The notes: a model not told the origin generated them from the sequence alone. Positions 9,612-20,294 are shown, numbered from the stretch's first letter. The stretch: 64,000 bases of DNA from an uncultured Clostridia bacterium (GCA_947599825.1 CANQFS010000003.1:2877-66876), one strand, 5' to 3'. Translations and numbers: made by a program.

Positions 9612-10268
9612 CTACCATCTAAAATGTGCTGAAATTTTTTCAAAATGGTCATTTATATATTCTAAGGCATCTTCTTCTCTTAAAGGTTGCCCTCCATTAT
9701 GAATTAAATAAGGCACTCCTTTTTTGTTTCTTTTATCAGATATAATTCCAATATGGGAAGTTCCAAAGGTAACAATATCCCCTGGTTGCCACTCCTCTAT
9801 TTTAGTTAAATCTGTAGTTAAATTTTTTGCATTTCTTTCAAAAAAGATTTTCAGATTTCCTACTCTTCGAAAATCTATATTAGGATCTGGCCTGTTTTCT
9901 ACTCTCGGATATAATTCTACATTATTTTTAATATCTTCATCTACCATATCTTTTAGACTATACCCTGCATTTTTAAAAGCCCTCCAAATAACGTCTGTGC
10001 AAACACCTTCTTCGTCTGGAGGATAGCCACCTGCATAATAGGCACTTTTATACTTTGGCGCTCTTTTTGCTTCTTCTTTCGCTCCTAATAAAATATCTGT
10101 ATAATCATCAATGCCATTATTGTTATAATCTGTATCACTTCTTATAATTTGAATTCCAAAATCTTGTGCACTATAAAATTCTTTATTCTTTTCATAAAAA
10201 AGGATACCAAATATAGAAGCACACAATGCTAAAATTATAATAGCAATTATAATGAGAATTTTTTTCAT
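9612..10268 (-). CDS. DUF1287-domain protein with N-terminal signal anchor
   Basis: 218 aa. YYAGGYPPDEEGVCTDVIWRAFKNAGYSL...NIDFRRVGNL...PGDIVTF...HIGIISD matches the DUF1287 pattern. Confidence 0.65.
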   Translation of the reverse strand: MKKILIIIAIIILALCASIFGILFYEKNKEFYSAQDFGIQIIRSDTDYNNNGIDDYTDILLGAKEEAKRAPKYKSAYYAGGYPPDEEGVCTDVIWRAFKNAGYSLKDMVDEDIKNNVELYPRVENRPDPNIDFRRVGNLKIFFERNAKNLTTDLTKIEEWQPGDIVTFGTSHIGIISDKRNKKGVPYLIHNGGQPLREEDALEYINDHFEKISAHFRW

Positions 10269-10384
10269 TTTTTATTACGTTCCTTTCTTTGATTCACTTT
10301 GTTTTTGCTTTATTTACTATACCAATAATTATACATAAGAAAAGAATATAAACTATGAAATTTATAAAATCTTAAGAAAAAGTT

Positions 10385-10414
10385 GGAAAGATTTGGGACG
10401 TGTCCAAATCTTTC
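10385..10414. repeat. GTCCC-core palindrome, type A (GGAAAGATTTGGGACGTGTCCAAATCTTTC)
   Basis: Near-perfect self-complementary 30-mer, read directly. Confidence 0.85.
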
Positions 10415-10458
10415 TAAAAAACAATAAAGTTTTATATGTATAGAACAAATTAATTCTT

Positions 10459-10498
10459 GGAAACTTTTGGACGCGTCCCAAATCTTTCCAATCTTTCC
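10459..10498. repeat. GTCCC-core repeat, type A (GGAAACTTTTGGACGCGTCCCAAATCTTTCC plus AATCTTTCC)
   Basis: The first 31 nt are identical to the 9571-9601 copy. Confidence 0.9.
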
Positions 10499-10529
10499 TA
10501 ATGAAACAAAATGGACAGATAATGCAAAT

Positions 10530-10549
10530 GGAAACGTCCCTAAAGGGAC
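10530..10549. repeat. GTCCC-core palindrome (GGAAACGTCCCTAAAGGGAC)
   Basis: GTCCCTAAAGGGAC is self-complementary. It overlaps the stop codon of the sigma-factor gene. Confidence 0.8.
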
Positions 10550-11508
10550 TTTTTGTATTTTTGTTGTGCAAAGATAATGCTAAAGAAGATTGTAGCACAT
10601 AGCGAAATGCTGGTAATTCCAATTAGTGCAATATCTAGCCAAGTTTCTAAAGGCTTACCTAGCACAAAAGATTCTTGTCCTGATTGGCTTTGTACTACTT
10701 CTTGCTGTATTTCATGCTCATTTTCATATTGCTCTTTATTTTGTTCTATTTCATTTTTACTATTAAAATTGCTATCTATTTCTTGGTTTTCTTTGTCGCT
10801 TTTCGATGGCTGTTGCTCTATTGCCTCACTATCTAGTCTGTCGTTTTCCGATTTGCTAGAAGAAGTTGTAGAATCTATTATAGTGTTTGCTTCTATTTCT
10901 TCGCTTTGCGCCATATTAGCACTTCTTTTTTTGCCACCTAGTAATTTACTAACACATATTGTTGCCGTTACAATAAATAGTGATAGATTTCCTATTAGTA
11001 GTTTTAAACTATGAAGTGATTTATAATATTTCCATTGTACTGTTCCGATTGGCATATTTAAAAGTTTAGCAATTTCTTTAAAAGATAGCCCTATTTCTAC
11101 TTTTAATGAAATAATTTGTTTTTCTTTTTGTTCTAATGAAGAAATGATATTTTGGTAAGTGTTTTTTCCTACTACTTCCTCTATAGTATCTTCTTTGCCC
11201 TTTTCCTCAATTTCATCTATTTGAAGTGTATCTTTATTTTTTCGTAAATATGAAATTGCTTCATTTTTGGTTACTGAGTAAAGCCAGCTTGCTTCATAGT
11301 TACTTGGAAGTTTTTCTTTTGAAAGATTTCCTATTTTAATAAATACATTTTGCATGATATCTTCTGCATTTTCCTTGTTTTTTAAAATAGAAAATGCAAT
11401 TTGGTACACTAAAGAAGAATACTTTTGATACAACTCTTCATAAGCTGTTTTATCTTCTTTTAGTTTTTCAAATAATGTATGTAATTCTTGTTCGTTTATT
11501 TTACTCAT
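10540..11508 (-). CDS. ECF-type sigma-70 factor fused to a two-TM C-terminal extension
   Basis: Region 2 (LVYQIAFSILKNKENAEDIMQNVFIKI) and region 4 HTH (LSFKEIAKLLNMPIGTVQWKYYKSL) are followed by a TM segment, an acidic low-complexity stretch of about 115 aa, and a second TM segment. Confidence 0.75.
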   Translation of the reverse strand: MSKINEQELHTLFEKLKEDKTAYEELYQKYSSLVYQIAFSILKNKENAEDIMQNVFIKIGNLSKEKLPSNYEASWLYSVTKNEAISYLRKNKDTLQIDEIEEKGKEDTIEEVVGKNTYQNIISSLEQKEKQIISLKVEIGLSFKEIAKLLNMPIGTVQWKYYKSLHSLKLLIGNLSLFIVTATICVSKLLGGKKRSANMAQSEEIEANTIIDSTTSSSKSENDRLDSEAIEQQPSKSDKENQEIDSNFNSKNEIEQNKEQYENEHEIQQEVVQSQSGQESFVLGKPLETWLDIALIGITSISLCATIFFSIIFAQQKYKKSL

Positions 11509-11565
11509 TTTTTACTCCATTCTTTTGATATCATAAGAAATATATCAACTTTTGAAAATAACTTT

Positions 11566-12303
11566 CTAAATAGTTAACTTATGGCTAATTGCTATTTGTT
11601 TTAAGTATTTATCAATTTCCTTATAATTTGGAATGTATTTTTCCACTAATGTATAAAAATCTTTGCTGTGATTTGGATGAACAATGTGGCATAACTCGTG
11701 CACAATAATAGCATCTACCGCTTCTTCTTTTAACATAACCAAACGGCTACTAAAATGTAGAGCTTTTGTTTTAGGTATGCAACTTCCATATTTGGTTTTC
11801 GCATCTCTTACCTGCACACTATTATACGAAATATTTGTTTTTTTACTCCAATATGGTAGTTTTTCTTGTAACATAAACTCTGTATTTTCTTTAAAAAGTT
11901 TTCTTGCTGCTTGTTTTATATAAGCATTTTCTTCTTCCTTTTGAATTTGCTTTGGAAGAAGAATTCGAAATATTTTACTTTCCTTTTCAAGTCTTACCCT
12001 TATAATATCTTTATTATGATAAGATTTATCAATTTTATATTCCTCTCCGTGATATAGAATGGTTTGACCAGTTTGCCATCTTCCCTCTTTTTGACGCTTT
12101 ATCTCTTCCATATTTTTGTATTTTTCATAAATTTTTTCTTCATTTATTTGAAGAAAAGCATCTACTTCTATTTTTGGCACATAAAATGGCTTCGTTACAA
12201 CTATTCCATCCTCTTTAAATAATATCTTCATCGTTTTAGCTGTTTTATAATTTTTTATACAAAGTGGAACTTCTATTTCTTTTATTTTTAATATATATTG
12301 CAT
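11566..12303 (-). CDS. YgjP/DUF45-like zinc metallopeptidase
   Basis: HELCHIVHPNHSKDFY (HExxH) lies near the C-terminus, typical of DUF45. The ATG at 12303 is preferred over the TTG at 12360 used in the ORF track. Confidence 0.65.
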   Translation of the reverse strand: MQYILKIKEIEVPLCIKNYKTAKTMKILFKEDGIVVTKPFYVPKIEVDAFLQINEEKIYEKYKNMEEIKRQKEGRWQTGQTILYHGEEYKIDKSYHNKDIIRVRLEKESKIFRILLPKQIQKEEENAYIKQAARKLFKENTEFMLQEKLPYWSKKTNISYNSVQVRDAKTKYGSCIPKTKALHFSSRLVMLKEEAVDAIIVHELCHIVHPNHSKDFYTLVEKYIPNYKEIDKYLKQIAISHKLTI

Positions 12304-12431
12304 TTTGATTCTTCTCTTTTCTTTTTTCTTTATCCTAACATACCCTTTCTTATTTTTCAAGATTACTATTTTGGACAGGTTTATATAGCAATATCTAAAT
12401 AATTATCCTCCGGCTTAGCTAGAAGTATATA

Positions 12432-12475
12432 AACAATAAAAGATGCATATAAAATTTATATGCATCTTTATTGTT
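12432..12475 (-). terminator. Long perfect hairpin downstream of ORF 12491..12958
   Basis: aacaataaaagatgcatata / tatatgcatctttattgtt is a stem of about 19 bp with a short AT loop and flanking T/A runs. Confidence 0.6.
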
Positions 12476-12490
12476 TAGAGAAACTTTTAA

Positions 12491-12958
12491 TTAATAACAA
12501 TGAAATTGTTTTGCCGCTTCTATTGATTCCTGCTCTACTATTGCATTTTGTTGTAATTTTTGCCTAATGCTAGCATCCAGCTTGCTTATTTCTGCCGCAG
12601 ATACTTCATAAACAATTTGAGTTTCTTTTATCCATTGTAAAATTGATGAATTATCTGTAGCAGTTTTTACAGCAGGCATATAATTTAATTTTGCTTTCCT
12701 TATACCTGATTTCTTACTTTCCTCGTACATAGCCATCAATTTTCTTTCTTCGCATTTTAGCAACTCGTGCTCTAATGTATATTCAAGCAGTTTGCAAGCT
12801 AAATTTTCTTCACAATTTTTTGACTTTATAAAGTCTAAGAAACGCATTTTAAAGATATTTAGATTTTTTGAAGTCAATAGCGTATTTTTCTCCATCCAAT
12901 CAGATTGGGCATCAAAAAATTCACGCAATAAATTTCTATCTTCCTGTTTTAATTTCAT
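12491..12958 (-). CDS. Hypothetical protein
   Basis: 155-aa ORF with no recognisable motif. Followed by a strong hairpin. Confidence 0.4.
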   Translation of the reverse strand: MKLKQEDRNLLREFFDAQSDWMEKNTLLTSKNLNIFKMRFLDFIKSKNCEENLACKLLEYTLEHELLKCEERKLMAMYEESKKSGIRKAKLNYMPAVKTATDNSSILQWIKETQIVYEVSAAEISKLDASIRQKLQQNAIVEQESIEAAKQFHCY

Positions 12959-13224
12959 AGTAGTTACCTCCTTGCCAGTTGGCTTTTCTTTGCTTGTTAA
13001 TAGTTACTCTATTAAAACTCCTTTGATGCTATATTAGGAGATGATATAATTTTAAACTGAACATATTTTATCATGTTTTATGTGAAATTGCAAGAAAAAT
13101 ACTTAATTCTATGCATATTCCTATTGAAATTTTTTCAAAATTATGTTATATTTATTGTATTATAATTGCTAAGTGCAATTTGCAACTATTCACCTTATTT
13201 AAATATTTTTATGGAGGTATCTTT

Positions 13225-13410
13225 ATGAAAACAAAAAAAATCTATGGTATTTGTACCACCGATGATGAACGTTCCTCTAGTATTAAATGCTATTGTGCTA
13301 CAACAGCAATTGCTAAGCGGGAATTAAAAAATTATCGTGATTTTTTTGCAAGTAAGCCACCAAAGCCAGATGCAAAACATATTATTCCTATCGATTTAAT
13401 CATTGAGTAA
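13225..13410 (+). CDS. Hypothetical small protein (61 aa)
   Basis: ATG at 13225 is preceded by GGAGG. The longer track ORF start at 13111 lacks an RBS. No motif recognised. Confidence 0.3.
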   Translation: MKTKKIYGICTTDDERSSSIKCYCATTAIAKRELKNYRDFFASKPPKPDAKHIIPIDLIIE

Positions 13411-13455
13411 TCACGAAATAACGACCAGTAAAATTTACTGGTCGTTTTGTTTGTT

Positions 13456-14772
13456 TTATGCTGTTTCTTCTGTGCGATTTGTATTTTTTCTTTGTGGTTT
13501 TGATGTTTTATTTTTGATTAGTTCCTTTTTTTCATTGATAACTAATTTTGGTGCTTTCTTTTCTAGCACTGTTTCTTTTGTTACAATGCATTTTTCTATT
13601 CTTGGGTTAGATGGAATGTCAAACATAATGTCTCTCATTATTTCTTCTATAATAGAGCGCAAGCCTCTTGCTCCTGTTTTTCTCTCTAAGGCTTTATCTA
13701 CAATTGCCTCTAGTGCTTCTTGCTCAAATTCTAGTTCTACGTTATCTAACTCTAGTAATTTTTGATATTGTTTTACTAACGCATTTTTTGGCTTTGTTAC
13801 AATATCAATTAAAGCATTTCTATCTAATTCTCTTAGTGTTGCTACAATTGGAAGTCTTCCTACAAACTCTGGAATTAAACCAAATTTTAATAAGTCTTGT
13901 GGTAATAATTGTTCATAGATTTTGTATTTATCTATTTCTTTTTGACTTTGTACGTTAGCACCAAATCCAATTGCTTTCTTTCCTGTACGTTCATTTATGA
14001 TTTTGTCTAGTCCTTCAAATGCACCACCGCATATAAATAAAATGTTTTCTGTGTTAATTTGTATTAACTCTTGATGTGGGTGCTTTCTTCCGCCTTGTGG
14101 TGGAACAGATGCAATAGTCCCTTCTACAATTTTAAGTAAGGCTTGTTGCACTCCTTCGCCACTTACATCTCTCGTAATTGATGGATTTTCTGACTTCCTT
14201 GTAATTTTATCTATTTCATCTATATATACTATACCTTTTTCTGCCTTTTCGATGTCATAGTCTGCATTTTGAATTAGTTTTAGTAAAATGTTTTCTACGT
14301 CTTCTCCTACGTAGCCTGCTTCTGTTAGAGTTGTAGCATCTGCTATAGCAAATGGAACTTGCAATATTCTAGCAAGTGTTTGCGCAAGCAAGGTTTTTCC
14401 ACACCCTGTTGGTCCTAGTAGTAAAACATTACTTTTTTGAATTTCTACGTCTTCTTTATTTTTCTGTGGGTGGTTAATTCTTTTATAGTGATTATATACG
14501 GCTACTGCTAATGTTTTTTTAGCATCTTCTTGCCCTATTACATAACTATCTAATACCTTTTTTATTTCTTCTGGACTTGGTAATTTATTATTTTGTTTAT
14601 TTACAGTATAACTAAAGTCTGCTTCTTCATAAGAATCATCTTCTAAAATATTCGTACATACTTTGATACATTCATCACAAATAAATACTCCTGGTCCTGC
14701 AATAATTCTTTCTACTGCATCTTGTGATTTTCCACAAAATGAGCATCTTATACTTTTATCTGTCTTGGTCAT
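13456..14772 (-). CDS. clpX: ATP-dependent Clp protease ATP-binding subunit ClpX
   Basis: Zinc-ribbon CSFCGK...CDEC, Walker [18 protein letters not shown], and the GARGLRSI sensor motif. Confidence 0.97.
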   Translation of the reverse strand: MTKTDKSIRCSFCGKSQDAVERIIAGPGVFICDECIKVCTNILEDDSYEEADFSYTVNKQNNKLPSPEEIKKVLDSYVIGQEDAKKTLAVAVYNHYKRINHPQKNKEDVEIQKSNVLLLGPTGCGKTLLAQTLARILQVPFAIADATTLTEAGYVGEDVENILLKLIQNADYDIEKAEKGIVYIDEIDKITRKSENPSITRDVSGEGVQQALLKIVEGTIASVPPQGGRKHPHQELIQINTENILFICGGAFEGLDKIINERTGKKAIGFGANVQSQKEIDKYKIYEQLLPQDLLKFGLIPEFVGRLPIVATLRELDRNALIDIVTKPKNALVKQYQKLLELDNVELEFEQEALEAIVDKALERKTGARGLRSIIEEIMRDIMFDIPSNPRIEKCIVTKETVLEKKAPKLVINEKKELIKNKTSKPQRKNTNRTEETA

Positions 14773-15002
14773 TTTCTTCTCCCTTTTTTATATATTATGT
14801 TTTTTCTTGGCAGTAGAACTCTTTTTTTTAATGCTTTTTTATTGATTTATTTAATTTCCAGTCTCACTTTTATTATTATTTCTTTATACTAATTGTCCTA
14901 CGTGCTACATACTTCTTTTATTCTATATTTTATTCTTCCGTTTTAGTATGGTTCTTATTTTGTTTTTTATTCTTGATTTTATTTATGGTTTAAATATTTA
15001 TG

Positions 15003-15082
15003 TTTTAACCATTCATATTTTAACTATTCAATATTTTAATTATTCAATGCTTTAATTATTCATTGTTTTAATTATCTATATC
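15003..15082. repeat. Five imperfect tandem units of about 16 nt (TTTAAYTATTCAWTNY) between clpP and clpX
   Basis: Read directly: ttttaaccattcatat, tttaactattcaatat, tttaattattcaatgc, tttaattattcattgt, tttaattatctatatc. Confidence 0.6.
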
Positions 15083-15089
15083 AAATAAC

Positions 15090-15695
15090 CTATGGTCTTT
15101 TTTCCATAATTCCATCGATTAAGCCATATTTTAAAGCTTCTTCTGCTGTCATGTAATTATCTCTTTCTGTATCTTTTTCAATTGTTTCTAGTGGTTGCCC
15201 TGTTCTTGCACTTAACAATTTATTTAATTTTTCTCTAGTTTTTACCATATGATCTGCATGAATTTTTATTTCAGTTGTTTGTCCTGAAAGTCCGTTTCCA
15301 CCAATTAATGGTTGGTGAATTAAAATTTCTGCATTTGGTGTTGCAAATCTTTTTCCTTTTTCACCAGAAGCAAGTAATACTGCTCCCATGCTTGCTGCCA
15401 TACCAATACAAATTGTAGATACTGGGCATTTAATGTAATTCATAGTGTCTACAATTCCCATTCCGTCTGTAATAGAACCTCCTGGACTATTGATATATAA
15501 AGAAATTTCTTTGTCTGGGTCTTCTGATTCTAAGAATAATAATTGTGCAATTACTAAACTTGCTGATGTTGGGTTAACATCTTCTCCTAAAAATATAATT
15601 CTGTCTTTTAATAATCTTGAGAAAATATCATAAGATCTTTCTCCTTTTGCTGTTTGTTCAATAACATAAGGTACTAAACTATTTTTTTCTAACAT
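15090..15695 (-). CDS. clpP: ATP-dependent Clp protease proteolytic subunit ClpP
   Basis: 201 aa with [19 protein letters not shown], catalytic GMAASMGA and IHQP motifs. Confidence 0.97.
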   Translation of the reverse strand: MLEKNSLVPYVIEQTAKGERSYDIFSRLLKDRIIFLGEDVNPTSASLVIAQLLFLESEDPDKEISLYINSPGGSITDGMGIVDTMNYIKCPVSTICIGMAASMGAVLLASGEKGKRFATPNAEILIHQPLIGGNGLSGQTTEIKIHADHMVKTREKLNKLLSARTGQPLETIEKDTERDNYMTAEEALKYGLIDGIMEKRP

Positions 15696-15818
15696 AATTT
15701 TCCTCCTATAAATTTAATATACTTTGGATATTAAAATATTTTATAATTAAGCATAAAAAGTTAGTGGTAAATACTATTTATTTAAAAAATACAGATTCAC
15801 CCCTAACTTTTCCCCTTT

Positions 15819-17102
15819 TTATTTTATTTTTGCATTTTCTACTATAAAATGAATTGCTTTTTCTGTTTTTACAGATTCTGCTATGTATGTTTTTAAGTTT
15901 TCATTTTGCTCTAATTCTTTGGCATCTCTTCCATAAGTTTGTGCCATTTCTTCTATTTTGGCTTTTACTTCTTCTTCAGATGCTTCTATTTTTTCTGCCT
16001 TTACAATTGCTTCTAATACTAATTTTGTTTTTACTTGTTTTAATGCTTGTTCTTCCATTTCTTTTCTAAGGTCTGCTTCTGTTTTGTTCATTATTTTTAG
16101 ATATTGTTCAAAGTTTAAACCTTGGTATGATAATCTTTGTTCAATGTCTCTTATCATATTGTCCGTTTCGGTTTCTACCATTCCAGATGGAATATCAATT
16201 TCTGTATTTTCACATACTGTTTTGATTGCTTCTTCCTCTGTTTCATATTCTGCTTTATGTTTGTTTTCATCTTCTAATTTTTCTTTAATTGAAGCTTTTA
16301 ATTCTTTTATTGTGTCAAACTCACTAACATCTTTAGCAAATTCGTCATCTGCTTCTGGTAGTTCTTTTTTCTTGATTTCATGTAATTTAACTTTAAATAC
16401 TGCTGGCTTTCCTGCTAAATCTTTTGAAAAATATTCTTCTGGGAAAGTAACATTAATATCTTTTTCTTCCCCTATTTTCATACCAATTATTTGGTCTTCA
16501 AAGCCTGGAATGAAAGTATTGCTTCCAATTACTAATTCGTGGTTTTCTGCTTTTCCACCTTCAAAAGCAACGCCATCACTAAAGCCTTCAAAATCTATAA
16601 TTGTAGTATCTCCACTTTCAACTGGTCTATCTTCTACATTGATAAGTCTTGCATTTCTTTCTTGCATGTGGTAAATTTCATGGTCAATGTCTTTTTCCTC
16701 TACATTATACTCTACTTTTTTAAGGTTTATACCCTTGTATTTTCCAAGAGTTACTTCTGGCTTTGTTTGTACTACTGCAGTGAAAATAAGGTCTTTTCCT
16801 TTTTCCATTTGAGTAATATCAATATCAGGTCTGCTTACTGCTTCTATTCCTGCTTCTTTTAGTTCTTTTTCATATACTTCTGGAACTACTTCATTGAAAG
16901 CATCTTCATAAAAGATTTGTGCACCATATTGTTTTTCTACAATTTTGTATGGTGCTTTTCCTTTTCTAAAGCCTGGAATATTAAAATATTTTGCACTTTT
17001 TACATATACTTTTTGGATAGCCTCTTCAAATTTAGATGCTTCAATACAAAAGCTTAATTTTACTTCATTGTTTTTGTCTGTTTTTTCTACTTTGATACTC
17101 AT
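15819..17102 (-). CDS. tig: Trigger factor
   Basis: 427 aa. GFRKGKAP ribosome-binding motif, a central FKBP-type segment (IDFEGF.DG..FEGG), and a position upstream of clpP-clpX. Confidence 0.95.
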   Translation of the reverse strand: MSIKVEKTDKNNEVKLSFCIEASKFEEAIQKVYVKSAKYFNIPGFRKGKAPYKIVEKQYGAQIFYEDAFNEVVPEVYEKELKEAGIEAVSRPDIDITQMEKGKDLIFTAVVQTKPEVTLGKYKGINLKKVEYNVEEKDIDHEIYHMQERNARLINVEDRPVESGDTTIIDFEGFSDGVAFEGGKAENHELVIGSNTFIPGFEDQIIGMKIGEEKDINVTFPEEYFSKDLAGKPAVFKVKLHEIKKKELPEADDEFAKDVSEFDTIKELKASIKEKLEDENKHKAEYETEEEAIKTVCENTEIDIPSGMVETETDNMIRDIEQRLSYQGLNFEQYLKIMNKTEADLRKEMEEQALKQVKTKLVLEAIVKAEKIEASEEEVKAKIEEMAQTYGRDAKELEQNENLKTYIAESVKTEKAIHFIVENAKIK

Positions 17103-17194
17103 TTTTTTCTTCTCCCTTTCATCGCTATAAAAATTTGCTTATTTATTATATCATATTTTTTCAAAATAGCAAGTACTAAATACTCAAAAACAAT

Positions 17195-17764
17195 TTATTT
17201 TGTAAATTTTTTACCACTTTGCCATGCAGTTCCTACTTTTTCACCAATTTTGTAATAACCATTTTGGAATTGATCAAATACAAAAGCATTTAGTTTTGTT
17301 GGATCTACTTTTCCATCTTCAGTTAATACTTTTTCATCAGCTACAACATTTACAATTTCTCCAACAACACGGAAACCATGCATACTGTCTTCATATCCTG
17401 CAACTTTACATTCTAGGGTAATAGGATATTCTTCTATAATTGGTGCGTCTACTTTATCACTTTTTATAGCATGCATATTTGTTTTTTCGAATTTGTCTTC
17501 TACTCTATCTCCTGAAACCATTCCAAAATAATCTGATTCTTCTAAATGGTCTACATCTGCTACACTTATGGTGAAAGCTCCTCTTTTCTTTATGTTTTTT
17601 GTGGTTCTATGATTTTCATGAATGTTTAATGCTACCATATTACTATCACAAATTCCACCCCACGCCATAGGCATAACGTCTACTTTATCATTGTCGCCAT
17701 AGGTTGCAATCATTAATAATGGCATTGGAAACAAATATGGTTTTACTCCTAAATCTTTTTTCAT
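17195..17764 (-). CDS. Flavin reductase-like (FMN-binding split-barrel) protein
   Basis: 189 aa. PMPLLMIATYGDNDKVDVMPMAWGG fits the flavin_reduct domain pattern. Confidence 0.65.
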   Translation of the reverse strand: MKKDLGVKPYLFPMPLLMIATYGDNDKVDVMPMAWGGICDSNMVALNIHENHRTTKNIKKRGAFTISVADVDHLEESDYFGMVSGDRVEDKFEKTNMHAIKSDKVDAPIIEEYPITLECKVAGYEDSMHGFRVVGEIVNVVADEKVLTEDGKVDPTKLNAFVFDQFQNGYYKIGEKVGTAWQSGKKFTK

Positions 17765-17785
17765 TTTCTATTCCCTCCTGTTTTT

Positions 17786-18940
17786 TTACATTGCTCTTCT
17801 ATATAATTCAATAAAGTCTTCTTTACTTACGTCTCTTGGATTTCCTGGTTTACATGGATCGTTCATTGCTTTTTCTGCAAGCATTTCAAAGTCTTCTTCT
17901 TTTACTCCATAATCTTTAATTGTTTGTGTAATTCCTACTGCTTTGCTAAGTTCTGAAATTTTCCATACAAAGGTATTGATAACATCTTGATCATTTAAGT
18001 GCTCTGCATCTGGTCTTCCTATATTAACTAGAATTTCTCTAAAACGATTTGCGCATACTTCTCCATTGAATCTCATAACTGTTGGAAGAAGCATTGCATT
18101 TGCAATTCCGTGTGGTGTGTCATATACAGCTCCTAATTGATGTGCCATAGAGTGTACTATTCCAAGTCCTACATTTGAAAATCCCATTCCTGCAATATAT
18201 TGTGCCATTCCCATCATTTCAATTGCTTCTTCATTTTTTTCGTTTACTGCTGCAGGTAAATATTTGAATATCATTTGAATTGCTTTCATATGGAACATGT
18301 CTGACATTTCGTTATGAGCTTTGGTAATATAGCCTTCTACTGCATGAGTTAAGGCGTCCATTCCTGTTGCTGCTGCTAAACTTTTTGGCATAGATGCCAT
18401 TAGTTCAGAATCAACAATTGATAAGATTGGAATGTCGTTTGGATCAACGCATACCATTTTTATTTTTTCGTCTTCATCTGTAATTACGTAGTTTATAGTT
18501 ACTTCTGCTGCTGTTCCTGCTGTTGTAGGAAGTGCAATAACTGGCATTCCTTTATTTACTGTATTTGACGCACCATTTAAAGATTTTACATCTGCCCTAT
18601 CTGGGTTTGTCATAACAATTGAAATTCCTTTTGCAGTGTCTATACTAGAACCACCACCTACAGCAACTATAACGTCTGCTTTTGATAATTTACATGCTTT
18701 TACTCCATCTGTTACATTCTTTATTGTTGGATTTGGTTTTATGCTAGAATATAACTTATATTTAATTTTTGCCTTCTTTAAAATTTCTTCTACTTTTGCT
18801 GTTACTCCTGCTTCTACAAGTGCTTCATCACTTACTAAAAATACTTTTGTAAATCCTCTCTTTTGAATTTCTTCTGCAAGTTCTTCTCTTGCTCCTTTTC
18901 CAAAATAAGATGTTTCATTTAACACAAATTTAACTGACAT
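17786..18940 (-). CDS. Iron-containing (group III) alcohol dehydrogenase
   Basis: 384 aa. GGGSSIDTAK, ALPTTAGTAAE, and His-rich metal site (DALTHAVE, GIVHSMAHQLG). Confidence 0.9.
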   Translation of the reverse strand: MSVKFVLNETSYFGKGAREELAEEIQKRGFTKVFLVSDEALVEAGVTAKVEEILKKAKIKYKLYSSIKPNPTIKNVTDGVKACKLSKADVIVAVGGGSSIDTAKGISIVMTNPDRADVKSLNGASNTVNKGMPVIALPTTAGTAAEVTINYVITDEDEKIKMVCVDPNDIPILSIVDSELMASMPKSLAAATGMDALTHAVEGYITKAHNEMSDMFHMKAIQMIFKYLPAAVNEKNEEAIEMMGMAQYIAGMGFSNVGLGIVHSMAHQLGAVYDTPHGIANAMLLPTVMRFNGEVCANRFREILVNIGRPDAEHLNDQDVINTFVWKISELSKAVGITQTIKDYGVKEEDFEMLAEKAMNDPCKPGNPRDVSKEDFIELYRRAM

Positions 18941-19080
18941 TTTTTATTCCTCCTTTTTCTTTTGTTAATAAGATAGTATCATAAAAGAAAAAAAAGAGCA
19001 ACAATTATTTTTTTATTTTTTTATTACAAAAAGAAAACAACTCTTTATTATAAAAAGTTGCTTCCTTTTTTCCCTTATTT

Positions 19081-19476
19081 TTAGTTTTTCTCTGTATCAA
19101 AAATTTTGATTACATTATCTTCATACTCGGGTATCAAGACATCAAATGGCTTAGGTAAAACCTTAAATTCTTTTATAAAAATCTCTTCAATTGGCTGAAA
19201 GTAGCGAACTGTCAATATTGCTCCGCACTGCATAGCGCTTAACGAATCAATAGGTACTCCAGCAATTTCTTTGATTTTTTCATTGCTTTGTTTTTCTTCC
19301 AGTTTCAAACTGTTTATTGCTTCTTCTAATTCTTTCAACCATGGTCTTTGAAACGCACGCCCCAATTGTTCGTAATTAGCCGGAAAGTCTATGCTAATTT
19401 TAAACAAATTGATTTTGCTTAATAGTTCCTCCCGAAGTTGATTGAATTGGTGAATTTGATGCTCTGATAAGTTCAT
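19081..19476 (-). CDS. Hypothetical protein
   Basis: 131-aa ORF preceded by GGAGG. No motif recognised. Confidence 0.4.
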   Translation of the reverse strand: MNLSEHQIHQFNQLREELLSKINLFKISIDFPANYEQLGRAFQRPWLKELEEAINSLKLEEKQSNEKIKEIAGVPIDSLSAMQCGAILTVRYFQPIEEIFIKEFKVLPKPFDVLIPEYEDNVIKIFDTEKN

Positions 19477-19573
19477 TTTGTTTCCTCCTTCTATTTAGAA
19501 AAAAAGTTATTAAAAAAAGTGCTTTCTTATTATTCCACTATGATAAATATTTGTCAAGAGTTCATAAGAAATT

Positions 19574-20266
19574 TTAATGACATTTTTTCTTCATTCTTTT
19601 TATTTTTTCTTTCATTTCTTCTTCTACTTTGTAAGATTCTACTATTTTTTGCAATGCTTTGTTATATGTAAAATCATCTAAATTGTTTTGTTTTAAAAAG
19701 TTCATTGTCTTTTCTGGGAATTTAATAAATGCAATAGAAATTGCCCATGCTACTGCCATTTTTACATAGTAACCTTCATGTTTTATTTCATTTAACGTTT
19801 TTATTACTAAATCAATATATTCTTCTGTAATATAAAAGTTAAGCAGTAATACGACTGCAAATCTGAGTTCAAATTCTTTTTTTGATTTTATATATGGTTT
19901 TATAAATTCTAACATTTCTTTTTGGTTATTTTTCACCATTTTTAAGCCTGCAACTGTTACATCACACACTGCCCAATTATCTATTTTTGGAATAAATTCT
20001 TTTAAATATTTACAAGTTTGCTTAACACTACACTTATTTAAGCCTATTACCATGCCTTGTAACATAATTTCTTCATAATATTCATTACTTGCATTTTTTA
20101 AATAGTTTTCTACATTTTGTTTTGATATTTCTTTTGCTAAATTTCTTAATAGCGGGACACGAACACCTATAATATTATTGGTGTTTGGACATAGTCCTTC
20201 TTGAAATTTTTTATATTTTTCGTCTGCAAGTTCTAATAATTTTTTTCTTATTTCTTCGTTATTCAT
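19574..20266 (-). CDS. DNA alkylation repair (AlkD-like HEAT repeat) protein
   Basis: 230 aa. LADEKYKKFQEGLCPNTNNIIGVRVPLLRNLAKEI and the helical repeat pattern are typical of this family. Confidence 0.7.
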   Translation of the reverse strand: MNNEEIRKKLLELADEKYKKFQEGLCPNTNNIIGVRVPLLRNLAKEISKQNVENYLKNASNEYYEEIMLQGMVIGLNKCSVKQTCKYLKEFIPKIDNWAVCDVTVAGLKMVKNNQKEMLEFIKPYIKSKKEFELRFAVVLLLNFYITEEYIDLVIKTLNEIKHEGYYVKMAVAWAISIAFIKFPEKTMNFLKQNNLDDFTYNKALQKIVESYKVEEEMKEKIKRMKKKCH

Positions 20267-20294
20267 ATCTTTCTTTCTATTTTTTATTAATTAT

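Noticed and set aside
8911-9618. The 235-aa version of the YjjX-like ORF, and similarly the long versions of ORFs 20295..21521, 49720..50274, 36186..39368, 47626..48897, 39404..39685 and 33232..33873.
   Set aside because: The N-terminal extensions read through repeat elements or start at TTG/GTG without an RBS. Internal ATG codons with good Shine-Dalgarno sequences coincide with the conserved protein N-termini.
14773-15818. Search for CtsR operators (GGTCAAA heptad repeats) around clpP and clpX.
   Set aside because: No GGTCAAA-type direct repeat was found by reading either intergenic region. The 16-nt AT-rich repeats at 15003-15082 do not resemble the CtsR box.
15958-16674. 238-aa plus-strand ORF antisense to tig. 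Similar antisense ORFs lie in other genes, for example 10553..11014, 59650..60219, 13403..13765 and 53489..53818.
   Set aside because: They have Ser/Phe/Leu-rich low-complexity translations, no RBS, and lie fully inside well-supported genes on the other strand.
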